Of a stretch of 24,000 nt of DNA, positions 8,333-17,022 are shown piece by piece. The DNA is taken from contig NZ_LOHZ01000023.1 in assembly GCF_001601575.1 (NCBI RefSeq), forward strand, positions 147,360 through 171,359. Reading direction: 5' to 3'. The translations under genes were made by a program, and so were the position numbers. Origin of the DNA: Thermovenabulum gondwanense. GTDB taxonomy: Bacteria > Bacillota > Thermosediminibacteria > Thermosediminibacterales > Thermosediminibacteraceae. Under the pieces are notes generated by a model. That model worked only from the letters and a program-made list of their open reading frames with translations, was not told the DNA's origin and did not search any database. Numbering within the stretch: position 1 is the stretch's first letter; each line of letters opens with the position of its first letter.

Positions 8333-9197
8333 GGTATTCCTAAAAGTACATTCTTTTACAAACCTCATGAAGAAAAATGTAGTATAAGCCGAGGAAGCCT
8401 TATTCCCGGCTTTTCAAAGACAAAAAATGGCAAAATTATAACTGACGAAGCAATAAAGACAATACTTTTTGACCTCGCCGAAGAATATCCAAGGTATGGA
8501 TACAAGAAACTTACGGTTCTATTGAGATTTAATTTTGGTATAAAGATTAACAAGAAGAAAGTATACAGGCATGTAAGGAAATGGATCTTCTCTTGCCAAT
8601 AGAAAAGCATAATAAGCCTACGGAATGTCCAATAGCCTTCAAAAAAGTTGCAGTAAATGCACCTAATACTCATTGGCAAATGGATATCACATATATAACC
8701 CTCTTCCCCAAGATTGTTTTCGTTCTTGGTATAATAGATACATACACCTTGGAAATAATGGGTTATAAAGCGGGTTTTTCTATAACAGGCCATGATGTTG
8801 TAAAAACAGTTTTAAAATCCATGGTAACAAGGAATATTCAAGGAAATCTCACAATCCGAACAGACAATGGCCCTCAGTTTAAATCCAAGGAATTTCATGA
8901 TTTTTGCAAACGTCAGGGGATATTACACGAGCGAATACCCGTAAGATCCCCGGAGAGAAATCCTAACATAGAGCGATTTTTCAGGACATTGAAGGAAGAG
9001 TTGTCATGCTAAATGACTTTGCAGGATATGGCTCGTTTATAAAAGGACTTGATAATTTTATGATGGAATACAATACTATAAGGCCCCATCCTCACTGGGC
9101 TATATGACGCCAAGAAAATTCTACGAAGAAATTTTAAAAAATAATGCGAGTCGGGGAGTGTTAGTCGTTTAAGTCCAAATAATCGGGGGCCAGTACA
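8333..9197 (+). pseudogene. Decayed IS3-family element: 5'-truncated, multiply frameshifted OrfB plus right terminal repeat
   Basis: Reads (A)GIPKSTFFYKP...YPRYGYKKLTVLLRFNFGIKINKKKVYRHVRK, then a frameshift, then MDLLLP...HWQMDITYI...IRTDNGPQFKS...PNIERFFRTLKEE, then a stop and frameshift, then ...YNTIRPH, then a frameshift, then SLGYMTPRKFYEEILKNN. The end AAGTCCAAATAATCGGGGGCCAGTACA resembles the IR of the neighbouring intact IS3. Confidence 0.7.
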
Positions 9198-9506
9198 TTG
9201 GGAGACAATATATGATTGTAAACAACTTGTTCCTATCCCTTTTCCCCATATAAATATCTTATTTTCTCTCAGTGGAGCAGGCGTTGTAATAACTCTTTTA
9301 CTTAGTCTATTATCTCAGAATTGAATAGGTGTACACCCACTTTCGGTTACCGTTAACGAATAATGAAAAAAAGGCTTCATCCAGTCATCTTTACTGTGTT
9401 AACGATTTACAATTGTCTGGTTTACTCAACCGAGTTCAATAACTATAATGAAAGGTGGCGATTCTAAACTTATGCGATTCCGAAATACTAAAAATTATTT
9501 ACACTT

Positions 9507-9738
9507 CCTTTTTATCTAATAAAAGTATCCCATCATTGCATCCCATTTTAATTGCTTCTTTTTATTGCCTCTATTGCTTTTTCGGGACCCATCGATATAA
9601 CAATTATTTCCTCTCCTTATTTTTCTTTTAACCTTATCGCTGTTTTTCGATTTCTTCTCTTATCATTATCCCTGTTATAGGATCCATTTTTACATTACTC
9701 TTCTCAGGTACTTGCTTTATTGGAACTATTATTCTCAT
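9507..9738 (-). pseudogene. Relic of electron-transfer flavoprotein beta subunit (EtfB) N-terminus
   Basis: Minus strand: MRIIVPIKQVPEKSNVKMDPITGIMIREEIEKQR, then a stop, then ...EEIIVISMGPEKAIEAIKRSN, then a stop and frameshift, then IKMGCNDGILLLDKK. This matches the conserved EtfB N-terminal pattern (IKQVPD...K.DP.TG...SMGP..A.E.....MG.D..ILL.D). There is no intact continuation. Confidence 0.5.
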
Positions 9739-9767
9739 ATGGACTTCTCCCTTCAAGTGAAATAATA

Positions 9768-9794
9768 TAGAAAAAGGAGATAGAACATCTCCTT
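9768..9794 (-). terminator. Rho-independent terminator ending the 9-gene operon
   Basis: Minus sense: AAGGAGAT-GTTCT-ATCTCCTT followed by TTTTCT. The hairpin overlaps the yhfW-like stop codon (9793-9795). Confidence 0.6.
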
Positions 9795-10995
9795 ATTTCA
9801 TCATATTCAAAAAGCTCTCTCCATTTTTTGGTTTTTCAACATCAAAATAATCTGCTATAGTAGCTCCTATATCTGATAAAGTCTTTCTTTCCCCTAATTT
9901 TACCGGTCTTAATTTTTTACCGTAAACCAATAGAAGCGCTTTTTCTCTTGTGTGATGATTTTGCCCTATAGTGGGGTCATTACCGTGATCACCAGTTATA
10001 AATAAAATATCATCCCCTTTCATTTTATCAATAATTTTAGGTATATAATCATCTACAAGTTTTAATTTTTCGGCGTATTTTTCTACATCCTGTGAATGCC
10101 CTGCAAGGTCTGTTTCTTGTACATTTGCCATTATTAAACCATTAGATATACTGTCTAACTTATTCAATAATATACTTAATACAGTTTCTGTATCAACACA
10201 TGGATTATAATCTGCACCATCACAGTTTATAACATCTGCAGCCTTTCCAATAAGAGATACATCAAAACTATGTTTCTTCAAAATAGTTGTCACTTGGACA
10301 TTTGGGTCTATTCCATATCCAAGATGTCTCACCATATAACCTTTATTATACACACCAGCTTTTGTACAGTTTATACCAACGATATTATTCGATTTTTCTT
10401 CTGCCGCATTTAATATATCATTTATTGTGATCCCTTTTCCTCCCAATACGATAACTCTTCCAACGTTAACGTTATCTCTTACTATTTGTCCGATTTTCAA
10501 TTCTTCTTCAAATGAAATATAATCCAAAGGAGCAGTAACATTGTAGTTTAAACCTATATCAGCTTCAATATTGTCTGCTATTGTTACAACACCATTTACC
10601 AATAAAAATGGGTGTTTAGAATTTGGTATAGTAACATCAAATCCTGCTTTCTCTAACTCAGTTTTTACTTTGTCTATACACTCTTTAAAAGGCTGTACCA
10701 AAGCTTTTCTAGGCTTTGAACCAACAATCTCTTGATGCCCTTGAAAAGTATCTGCTCCTTCATGTTCTAAATTTGAACACCCATAGCTTGCAATAGGATT
10801 GCTTACTTTTTTTATATTTTTACTCTCAACTATAAGGCCTGCTCCCATTAATTCTAAATTATTTAAACTGTAATTATCATTATATTCAGAAACATGTTTT
10901 AAAGTATTTGCTCCTATATCTTGCGGACGTACCTCAGGGACATCAGCCATTTCACCAACCCCAAGACTATCTATTACAAGAATTAAGGCTCTCAT
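9793..10995 (-). CDS. yhfW: YhfW-type phosphopentomutase-like metalloenzyme (alkaline-phosphatase superfamily mutase)
   Basis: 400 aa. N-terminal MRALILVIDSLGVGE (metal-binding Asp and nucleophile region) and C-terminal ITGDHGNDPT, as in DeoB/YhfW. The start ATG overlaps the upstream stop (ATGA at 10992-10995). Confidence 0.85.
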   Translation of the reverse strand: MRALILVIDSLGVGEMADVPEVRPQDIGANTLKHVSEYNDNYSLNNLELMGAGLIVESKNIKKVSNPIASYGCSNLEHEGADTFQGHQEIVGSKPRKALVQPFKECIDKVKTELEKAGFDVTIPNSKHPFLLVNGVVTIADNIEADIGLNYNVTAPLDYISFEEELKIGQIVRDNVNVGRVIVLGGKGITINDILNAAEEKSNNIVGINCTKAGVYNKGYMVRHLGYGIDPNVQVTTILKKHSFDVSLIGKAADVINCDGADYNPCVDTETVLSILLNKLDSISNGLIMANVQETDLAGHSQDVEKYAEKLKLVDDYIPKIIDKMKGDDILFITGDHGNDPTIGQNHHTREKALLLVYGKKLRPVKLGERKTLSDIGATIADYFDVEKPKNGESFLNMMK

Positions 10996-12188
10996 TTATT
11001 ATCCTTCTTTCTTAAATCCTTTAAAAGATTACCTTTTGAATCAAATATATACGTTAATTTTGGTTTACCTGAAGATAGCCCTTCAAGAAGAGCTACTTTT
11101 GCTCTTGTTACAAATATTTGTGTTCTAAATGAATATATTACAGTGTCCCCTACGTTAACCTTTCTATTGTTTAAAAGTATACTTCCATAATAGTCTATTG
11201 ATTCCGGTGGTAATTCTTCAACATCAAATAATCTATCTAAAATATCTTCAGGATTATTTGATACTAACGCATATTTAACATTTGACCTCGGATAAAATCC
11301 ACCACCATAGCAATAAGCTTTCCCATTATTTACATGAGATATTTCTGACACATATACTATAGCTGGCTTTTCAGGCTGTTTTGTATATGCATGTAAAGGA
11401 GTCGTCCCCAATAAAGCATGCCCCGGCTCTCCATGAGTAATACCATACTTATTTAAAAGCGGTATTGAATTACAGCATGTAGCACTGGGCCCATTTACTT
11501 GCCAGATTTCAAGCCCCATTTCATTCAATATTTCTTTTGCTTTTAAGAGTGTATATATATTGTGCGTTGGTGTAATTTCTTTCTTCTCATAATCATAAAG
11601 CAAACATGGAAAGGATGTAATACCAGCAATTTTTATATTCTTCAATTTTAATATATGATGAACTGTTTCTTTTAACTTTCCACGAAATATACCTCCTTCT
11701 TGACCCGGATATATTACATCATTTTCATCTATTACTCTTAATAATATATCTTGCGTAATTCCAAGCTCTTTTGCGTTATCTGATATTTCTTTTGCTTTTT
11801 CATATGAAAAACATGTTATAACTTCTGGTTTCATGAGTAAAGATAATTTAATATCATTTTTTGGGACTTGTACTAAATGTCCTATATGCCCTATTTTAAG
11901 ACCATTATCAAACAATACCCTTGCCTCATCAAAATCTACAGCTACTGCTTTATCAATTCCCGCCTTTTCAATGATTTTTGAAATAATAGGATTTCTTCCA
12001 AACTGTTTTGTCATATAATATAAGCTAATATTATATTTATCAGCAGTTTCTTTAATTAATCTTGCATTCTCATAAATACTATCAACATCTAGCACATAAG
12101 TATTTGGTTCAATAACACCGTCTCTGTGTAATTTGGTAACTTCTATAATAAGTTGTGGATTTCTTTCAATAACCATATTAAGAAACAT
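10992..12188 (-). CDS. yhfX: YhfX-type PLP-binding barrel protein (alanine-racemase N-terminal-like fold)
   Basis: 398 aa. Its size, its position next to yhfW/yhfS homologues and an N-terminal barrel region with a candidate PLP lysine (YYMTKQFGRNP) fit YhfX. Family assignment is by recognition only. Confidence 0.7.
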   Translation of the reverse strand: MFLNMVIERNPQLIIEVTKLHRDGVIEPNTYVLDVDSIYENARLIKETADKYNISLYYMTKQFGRNPIISKIIEKAGIDKAVAVDFDEARVLFDNGLKIGHIGHLVQVPKNDIKLSLLMKPEVITCFSYEKAKEISDNAKELGITQDILLRVIDENDVIYPGQEGGIFRGKLKETVHHILKLKNIKIAGITSFPCLLYDYEKKEITPTHNIYTLLKAKEILNEMGLEIWQVNGPSATCCNSIPLLNKYGITHGEPGHALLGTTPLHAYTKQPEKPAIVYVSEISHVNNGKAYCYGGGFYPRSNVKYALVSNNPEDILDRLFDVEELPPESIDYYGSILLNNRKVNVGDTVIYSFRTQIFVTRAKVALLEGLSSGKPKLTYIFDSKGNLLKDLRKKDNK

Positions 12189-12199
12189 TGCCTCATCTC

Positions 12200-13291
12200 C
12201 TAAGTCAAACTCTTTTTTACAGCTTCTTTTAAAATTCTAATAACAGTATCAGCACCTGCTCTCATTGGATTAATGCGAATTACATAATTTTTTATATCTG
12301 GATTATTTTCAATAAAAGTTCCTGAAACTCTGTAAAACATAGCACCAATTTCATATCTTGATTCAGAACCTACAGGATAAGGCACTGCTCCCATCTCTTC
12401 AGCGTACTTTAATACTTTTGCCGCAATTGGTTTTTCAAATTTTACTAATACAACTCTTGATTGCGCATTTGCTACATATGCCTTTTTTACCCCTTTTATT
12501 TCTCCAGTGTTAAGCCTATTTACTATTTCATCAACCTGCATTGCTTGGATAGCTAATGAAACAGGCGTATATACAAGTGACCTTAAAGCTTCCATTGCCT
12601 CAGGTCCTTGCACTTGGCTCCCACCTGAATAAGTTAATTTTCGAATTTCGTCTATAATATATTTTTTGCCTACTACACATCCAATTCCTTCCGGTGCCAA
12701 CAATTTAAACATAGAAAATACTGAAACATCTGCTCCCAACTGAACACCTATATATGGAGCTTTCATAACTACATAATTTTCATCAGTAATAATAGGAACA
12801 TTAGTTATAGATTTAATAACTTTTATTACTTTTTCAAGTTCATAACTGTCATCAGGTTTTTGTCTTGAATGTTGTATTAACACAGCATCAACTTTTGTAT
12901 TTTTTAATATATCAAATGAATCTAAATTATTCATGTTTACTTTTAAAAGCTTAAGGCCCATCATATCCATAAGGTTTTGTGTTGTAGGATATACAGGTGC
13001 GTCATGCACAAGTAATGTATTAAGAGGTTTTAATAAGCTATTAAAAACGAGTCTCATAGCCCCCGTCCCAGCACCTCTCACTAAAGCAGAGTCTTCTGCA
13101 TCAAAAAATTTAGCAAGAACCTTCTCAACTTTCGCGGTGGTTTTAGGTCGTCCAAGTTCTAATGATACACCATAATCACCAGCTTCGAGTAATTCATGTC
13201 CTCGAAAAACTGATTGGATTATATCTACCAATTTAAACTGCAAATTAATTGCTTCCTCTAGGCTAATCTGTTTAATAGGATACGTAATCAT
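12200..13291 (-). CDS. yhfS: YhfS-type fold-type-I PLP-dependent enzyme (aminotransferase/lyase-like)
   Basis: 363 aa. A glycine-rich GAGTGAM segment. A candidate Schiff-base lysine in DVSVFSMFKLLAPEGIG (S-x-x-K). The length matches E. coli YhfS. Confidence 0.75.
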   Translation of the reverse strand: MITYPIKQISLEEAINLQFKLVDIIQSVFRGHELLEAGDYGVSLELGRPKTTAKVEKVLAKFFDAEDSALVRGAGTGAMRLVFNSLLKPLNTLLVHDAPVYPTTQNLMDMMGLKLLKVNMNNLDSFDILKNTKVDAVLIQHSRQKPDDSYELEKVIKVIKSITNVPIITDENYVVMKAPYIGVQLGADVSVFSMFKLLAPEGIGCVVGKKYIIDEIRKLTYSGGSQVQGPEAMEALRSLVYTPVSLAIQAMQVDEIVNRLNTGEIKGVKKAYVANAQSRVVLVKFEKPIAAKVLKYAEEMGAVPYPVGSESRYEIGAMFYRVSGTFIENNPDIKNYVIRINPMRAGADTVIRILKEAVKKSLT

Positions 13292-13294
13292 TTT

Positions 13295-14194
13295 TTATCC
13301 TCCAATCAAGTCCAATGGATTTTTGTATAATATAGTCTTTATATCTTCTTCTGTTAACCCATTGTTTTTTAAAAGAGGAATAAATTTTTCTACTATATAT
13401 GAATGGCCAAAACCACCATAATTTTTTAGATAAGATTTCCTTGAAATATCCAATGAAAGGAGAATTTTGTTAATAAATCCTTTGTCAATAAGTTTCTTTA
13501 TAGATATTGCTCTTAACTCATCTGGTTGATAATTAGTTTTACCAATTGTGTCAAAAGCAAGATAACATCCATTATCAAGTAAAGTTAAATAATAATCCAT
13601 ATCAATGTTTAAATCAATATGCCCTATAACTACATTTTCTAAATTTACTTTCATATTTTTAAAAATTTTAATTTGTTCTAATCCTAGAAGACCTAACGTT
13701 GTATGAGTTATTATAGGTACTCCTGTTTCATTATGTGCAATCGCAGCAGCTTCAAAAATTTTTCTTTCTACTACTTTTATTTCTTCTTTACTTGTGCCAA
13801 TCTCGCCTATCACAGATGCTTTATAATTTGTACCATCGATTCCTTTAATAATTTCATCAATAAATATATTAGCCAATTCTTTAACAGAACTCTTATAAAC
13901 TATTTCCGGCAAAAAAGGTTCTTTATAAAATCCAGTAGATAAAATCACATTCATATTTGAAATATCAGAAATATACTTGATTCTTTCAATATCTCGACCC
14001 ATACCTATGTTTGTAACATCAACGATAGTATCTATGCCACTTTTTTTGAGTTCTTTTAAATCTTCAATTAAGCTATCTACATCATCAAGTTTGGCATCAT
14101 CATCTTCTTTGATTCTTGATAAATCAATAGTCAAATGTTCATGTATAAGAGTATAACCTATATCTTTAAAACCAGTATTATTATCTAAAATCAT
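13295..14194 (-). CDS. php: Phosphotriesterase-homology protein Php (amidohydrolase superfamily, binuclear metal centre)
   Basis: 299 aa. GYTLIHEHL (HxH), VIGEIGTS (Glu in place of carboxy-Lys, as in E. coli Php), ITHT, GHIDL and LSLDIS. It is collinear with the E. coli Php sequence as I recall it. Confidence 0.9.
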   Translation of the reverse strand: MILDNNTGFKDIGYTLIHEHLTIDLSRIKEDDDAKLDDVDSLIEDLKELKKSGIDTIVDVTNIGMGRDIERIKYISDISNMNVILSTGFYKEPFLPEIVYKSSVKELANIFIDEIIKGIDGTNYKASVIGEIGTSKEEIKVVERKIFEAAAIAHNETGVPIITHTTLGLLGLEQIKIFKNMKVNLENVVIGHIDLNIDMDYYLTLLDNGCYLAFDTIGKTNYQPDELRAISIKKLIDKGFINKILLSLDISRKSYLKNYGGFGHSYIVEKFIPLLKNNGLTEEDIKTILYKNPLDLIGG

Positions 14195-15313
14195 TTAATT
14201 CACCTCAAATAAAATATCATCATATTCTTTAGTGTTAAAATATTCATAAAATAGTTTTGGATGACTAATATTGCTATCAACTATCTCTGCCAGCTTAATA
14301 GCACATATACCATATTTATTTCCTTGTTTCGCCATTATTAAAATCCCTACACCTAAATTCGCTGATGGTATTGTAAGAGCTGTAGTATTTACCATGTTAG
14401 CAACTTTTATTAAATATTTTCCTGAACTATTTTGAATATAACTTCCGACATATCCCATAGTACCTAAAACCGAATCCCCTAAACCAAAAATATCAATAGG
14501 TCCTTCTTTTGTTATCACTACATCTACCTCTTCAAAAGCTTTATTAAGCTTATATATAGCATCTTCTCTTTTCAATACATCCTTCAAATCAATATCAATT
14601 ACTGGAACACCCTCTTTTGATAAAACTCTTTCAACATCATATAAATCTTCACGGACGTCACCAATAATCGGAAGGTTTATATCGCCTTTTCGTGGAATTC
14701 CAACTTTTAAATTGCGAAAATCTATTATATCATCCAAATCTATTAGGTTACACAACACATCTTTACATACGAATAAATCCTTTGAAATTATTCCAATACC
14801 AGGTAAGAAATTTATAGCATCTGTTGATTTTTTTAATTTTTTACCTTCAAGGCCTAATCCTTTTGCCATGATAGAATACAAATTACAAGACATCGCAGGC
14901 CCCAACACAGAACCCCCACCATCAGTGCCAATAGCAAAATCATTTATTCCTAATAACACATTGATACAACCAGCGCTTGTAGAGCCCGTCATCGGCCTGC
15001 CAGTAACAGGGTTTATTCTCTCAATATCAATTGCTCTACCGCCTTTTGACATCTCATCAACTGTAAGCCATATATAATTTCCAACATTAGATAATTTTTG
15101 CAAATATTCGCGTTTAATTTGTGATGTATTTTTTATTCCATAAAAGTATAATTTATCATATACTTTTAACGCTTCTACAGCTTTTTTTATTGCCATATAA
15201 TTAATATATCTAACAGAATAACCTAAATTATCACGTGCTATATTTATCGCATATGCGAGTCTTGCCATCTCATTTATTTTTTGCATAACTATTTTATCAT
15301 TCATATATAACAT
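14195..15313 (-). CDS. Divergent, short amidase-signature (AS)-like protein; not part of the E. coli yhf locus
   Basis: 372 aa. TGSTSAGCINVLLGINDFAIGTDGGGSVLGPAMSCNLYSIMAKGLG aligns by eye to the AS core GGSSGGSAAAVA...GSDTGGSIRxPAAFCGvvGlKPT. Both the cis-Ser position and the nucleophile Ser position are retained. The likely true start is the second ATG at 15304, 9 nt after SD AGGGTGA. Confidence 0.55.
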   Translation of the reverse strand: MLYMNDKIVMQKINEMARLAYAINIARDNLGYSVRYINYMAIKKAVEALKVYDKLYFYGIKNTSQIKREYLQKLSNVGNYIWLTVDEMSKGGRAIDIERINPVTGRPMTGSTSAGCINVLLGINDFAIGTDGGGSVLGPAMSCNLYSIMAKGLGLEGKKLKKSTDAINFLPGIGIISKDLFVCKDVLCNLIDLDDIIDFRNLKVGIPRKGDINLPIIGDVREDLYDVERVLSKEGVPVIDIDLKDVLKREDAIYKLNKAFEEVDVVITKEGPIDIFGLGDSVLGTMGYVGSYIQNSSGKYLIKVANMVNTTALTIPSANLGVGILIMAKQGNKYGICAIKLAEIVDSNISHPKLFYEYFNTKEYDDILFEVN

Positions 15314-15338
15314 TCACCCTAATAAATTTATTATATGG

Positions 15339-15359
15339 AAGAGGGGGAATTCCCCTCTT
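15339..15359 (-). other. Intra-operon GC-rich stem-loop between the yhfT-like and amidase-like genes
   Basis: AAGAGGGG-gaatt-CCCCTCTT, an 8-bp perfect stem abutting the yhfT-like stop codon. It has no U-tract, so it is not a canonical terminator. Confidence 0.5.
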
Positions 15360-16642
15360 TATTTAACCGGTGGAACATACAGTCCAAAAACCGCCAATAT
15401 GTTAGCAAGAATACCAACTAATATTGCTGCAATGGGTCCAACTGCCATTCTCACAATAGGTCTTCCTGCAATTTCATTTAAAAGGTATAACCCGATTAAA
15501 ATAAATATCCCTAATCCAGGCAACACCATATTAGACGCATTCGCACCGCCAACTAACAATGACACTTCCAATAATTGTCCCATCGCTGTTCTAATGTTAT
15601 CTGAAGACTTTTTAATCCCTGGGAATTTATCCAAAAATCCCGCTATACCTCCCAGCAGGTAAACTTCTGCAAAAATTATTACAAATCCTAGTATTGCTGC
15701 AAGCAGTATATTGTTCGCAAACAAAGCCGCTGCGAATATAAAAGTCATCCCAACAGGACCATATACACCGGTGGCAATAGCAGTAGTTGCGACTAAAGGT
15801 ACAAAACCAATTGCTCTCGCTAATGCAACTAAAGCAGCATCTGTATAATTACCTTTAGAAACCAATGATAGAGAAATTGGATCGCCTGCTAAAATATGCA
15901 AAGACGTGGCTGCCGCTACAAGAGCACCCATTATAGCAAGTACCCAAACATTCTTTTTTATCCTGTCTACTCTTTCAGTAAATAAAGCAGCAACATTTGT
16001 TGAATTTTCTTCTCTCTTTTCTCTCATAGCATAGATAAGTAAAACTATCATTCCAGTAACTAATGCCATACCTTCTGGATTCAAAGCTATTTTGCTTGTT
16101 CCAATAACTATTGGAGAAAATCTTGCTACTACAGTTCTAACTAATGCCGATATTGTTAAAGTAATAAGCCCATTTTTAACACCATATTGGTATGCAACTG
16201 CTAATGCAGGAAATGCTGCAAAAGCAAATATTACAGGTGTACCTATTTGTCCCATTGAATTGAAAACATTAACAGGTAATTTTTTGAATACATTAACAAT
16301 CCATTGTAATCCTACCAATAGTCCTATTCCCCACAGAGCTCCTATTGTTCCAGCAACAGCATATCCTATTTTACCTTTTGGTGACCATGTTCCTATAATA
16401 TCTGTCCCGAGTAAAATACTATGAACAAGTAATATGGTAGCACCAATTGAAATTGGTATTCCAAAACCGATTACGAGTCCAAAAGATAAAGCAAAACTCA
16501 TTGCAGCAAATTCTGCTTTTTTCATTCTACCTTCTAGATATTCAGGCATTATAGGTCTTAGCCCATCATTAAATACAGCAATACCACTATTCGCAAGAAT
16601 TGCTGCCAAAGCACCAATTAAAGCAATTAATACTATCTTCAT
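15359..16642 (-). CDS. yhfT: YhfT-type polytopic membrane protein (putative transporter)
   Basis: 427 aa, highly hydrophobic and glycine-rich with many predicted TM segments. Its size and its position next to a YhfU homologue match E. coli YhfT. SD GGAGG lies before the ATG. Confidence 0.8.
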   Translation of the reverse strand: MKIVLIALIGALAAILANSGIAVFNDGLRPIMPEYLEGRMKKAEFAAMSFALSFGLVIGFGIPISIGATILLVHSILLGTDIIGTWSPKGKIGYAVAGTIGALWGIGLLVGLQWIVNVFKKLPVNVFNSMGQIGTPVIFAFAAFPALAVAYQYGVKNGLITLTISALVRTVVARFSPIVIGTSKIALNPEGMALVTGMIVLLIYAMREKREENSTNVAALFTERVDRIKKNVWVLAIMGALVAAATSLHILAGDPISLSLVSKGNYTDAALVALARAIGFVPLVATTAIATGVYGPVGMTFIFAAALFANNILLAAILGFVIIFAEVYLLGGIAGFLDKFPGIKKSSDNIRTAMGQLLEVSLLVGGANASNMVLPGLGIFILIGLYLLNEIAGRPIVRMAVGPIAAILVGILANILAVFGLYVPPVK

Positions 16643-16659
16643 TTTTTATCCTCCAATCC

Positions 16660-17022
16660 CTATTTTTCTAAAATTGCGTTTACAATGTAAGGTACCGCCT
16701 TTTCAATATGGTCATTAGTAAATCCAAACGCTACTTTTCCTTCAACTACTGCTTTTTTAACGTCGGCTTCATGTGGTGGTTTCCCAGGCATAGAGATAGT
16801 TGCACATTTTTGAGCTGTTAATATAGCCATTGCCATAGCTAAAGCACCACCACCTCCTGTTGCACAAGCACCAACATAGTAATCTGCCTTTCCATTTTTC
16901 ACAGCCATTGCAGCCTCAATATCCGATTTTATTTCAACACTTACTTTATCACCTCCTATTTCCTTTATCTTTTGAGCAACTTTTTGTTTATCAACAGCTC
17001 CACCTACAACGAATCTTATCAT
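16660..17022 (-). CDS. yhfU: YhfU-type small glycine-rich protein (DUF2620 family)
   Basis: 120 aa. ...GKADYYVGACATGGGGALAMAMAIL...GKVAFGF... closely parallels E. coli YhfU (DYYIGACNTGAGAAL ... GKVAFG). The start overlaps the yhfY-like stop (ATGA at 17019-17022). Confidence 0.85.
   Translation of the reverse strand: MIRFVVGGAVDKQKVAQKIKEIGGDKVSVEIKSDIEAAMAVKNGKADYYVGACATGGGGALAMAMAILTAQKCATISMPGKPPHEADVKKAVVEGKVAFGFTNDHIEKAVPYIVNAILEK

Noticed and set aside
8365-8793. 142-aa minus-strand ORF
   Set aside because: It is antisense to the decayed IS3 OrfB, whose plus-strand frame carries the rve motifs.
5613-9200. tRNA-Leu as an integration site (attB) for the accessory block
   Set aside because: The IS debris and island lie on the 5' (promoter) side of the tRNA, not at its 3' end. 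There is no integrase gene, and I saw no repeat of the tRNA 3' end at the far boundary.
9200-9790. Possible CRISPR array or other repeat array in the long non-coding stretch
   Set aside because: It has no regularly spaced direct repeats. The content is explained by the etfB relic and AT-rich decay.
11833-16718. Plus-strand ORFs inside the operon (11833-12018, 12933-13175, 13703-13942, 14712-15077, 15399-15662, 16092-16424, 16434-16718)
   Set aside because: All are antisense to long minus-strand genes with clear family signatures, and they give low-complexity translations.
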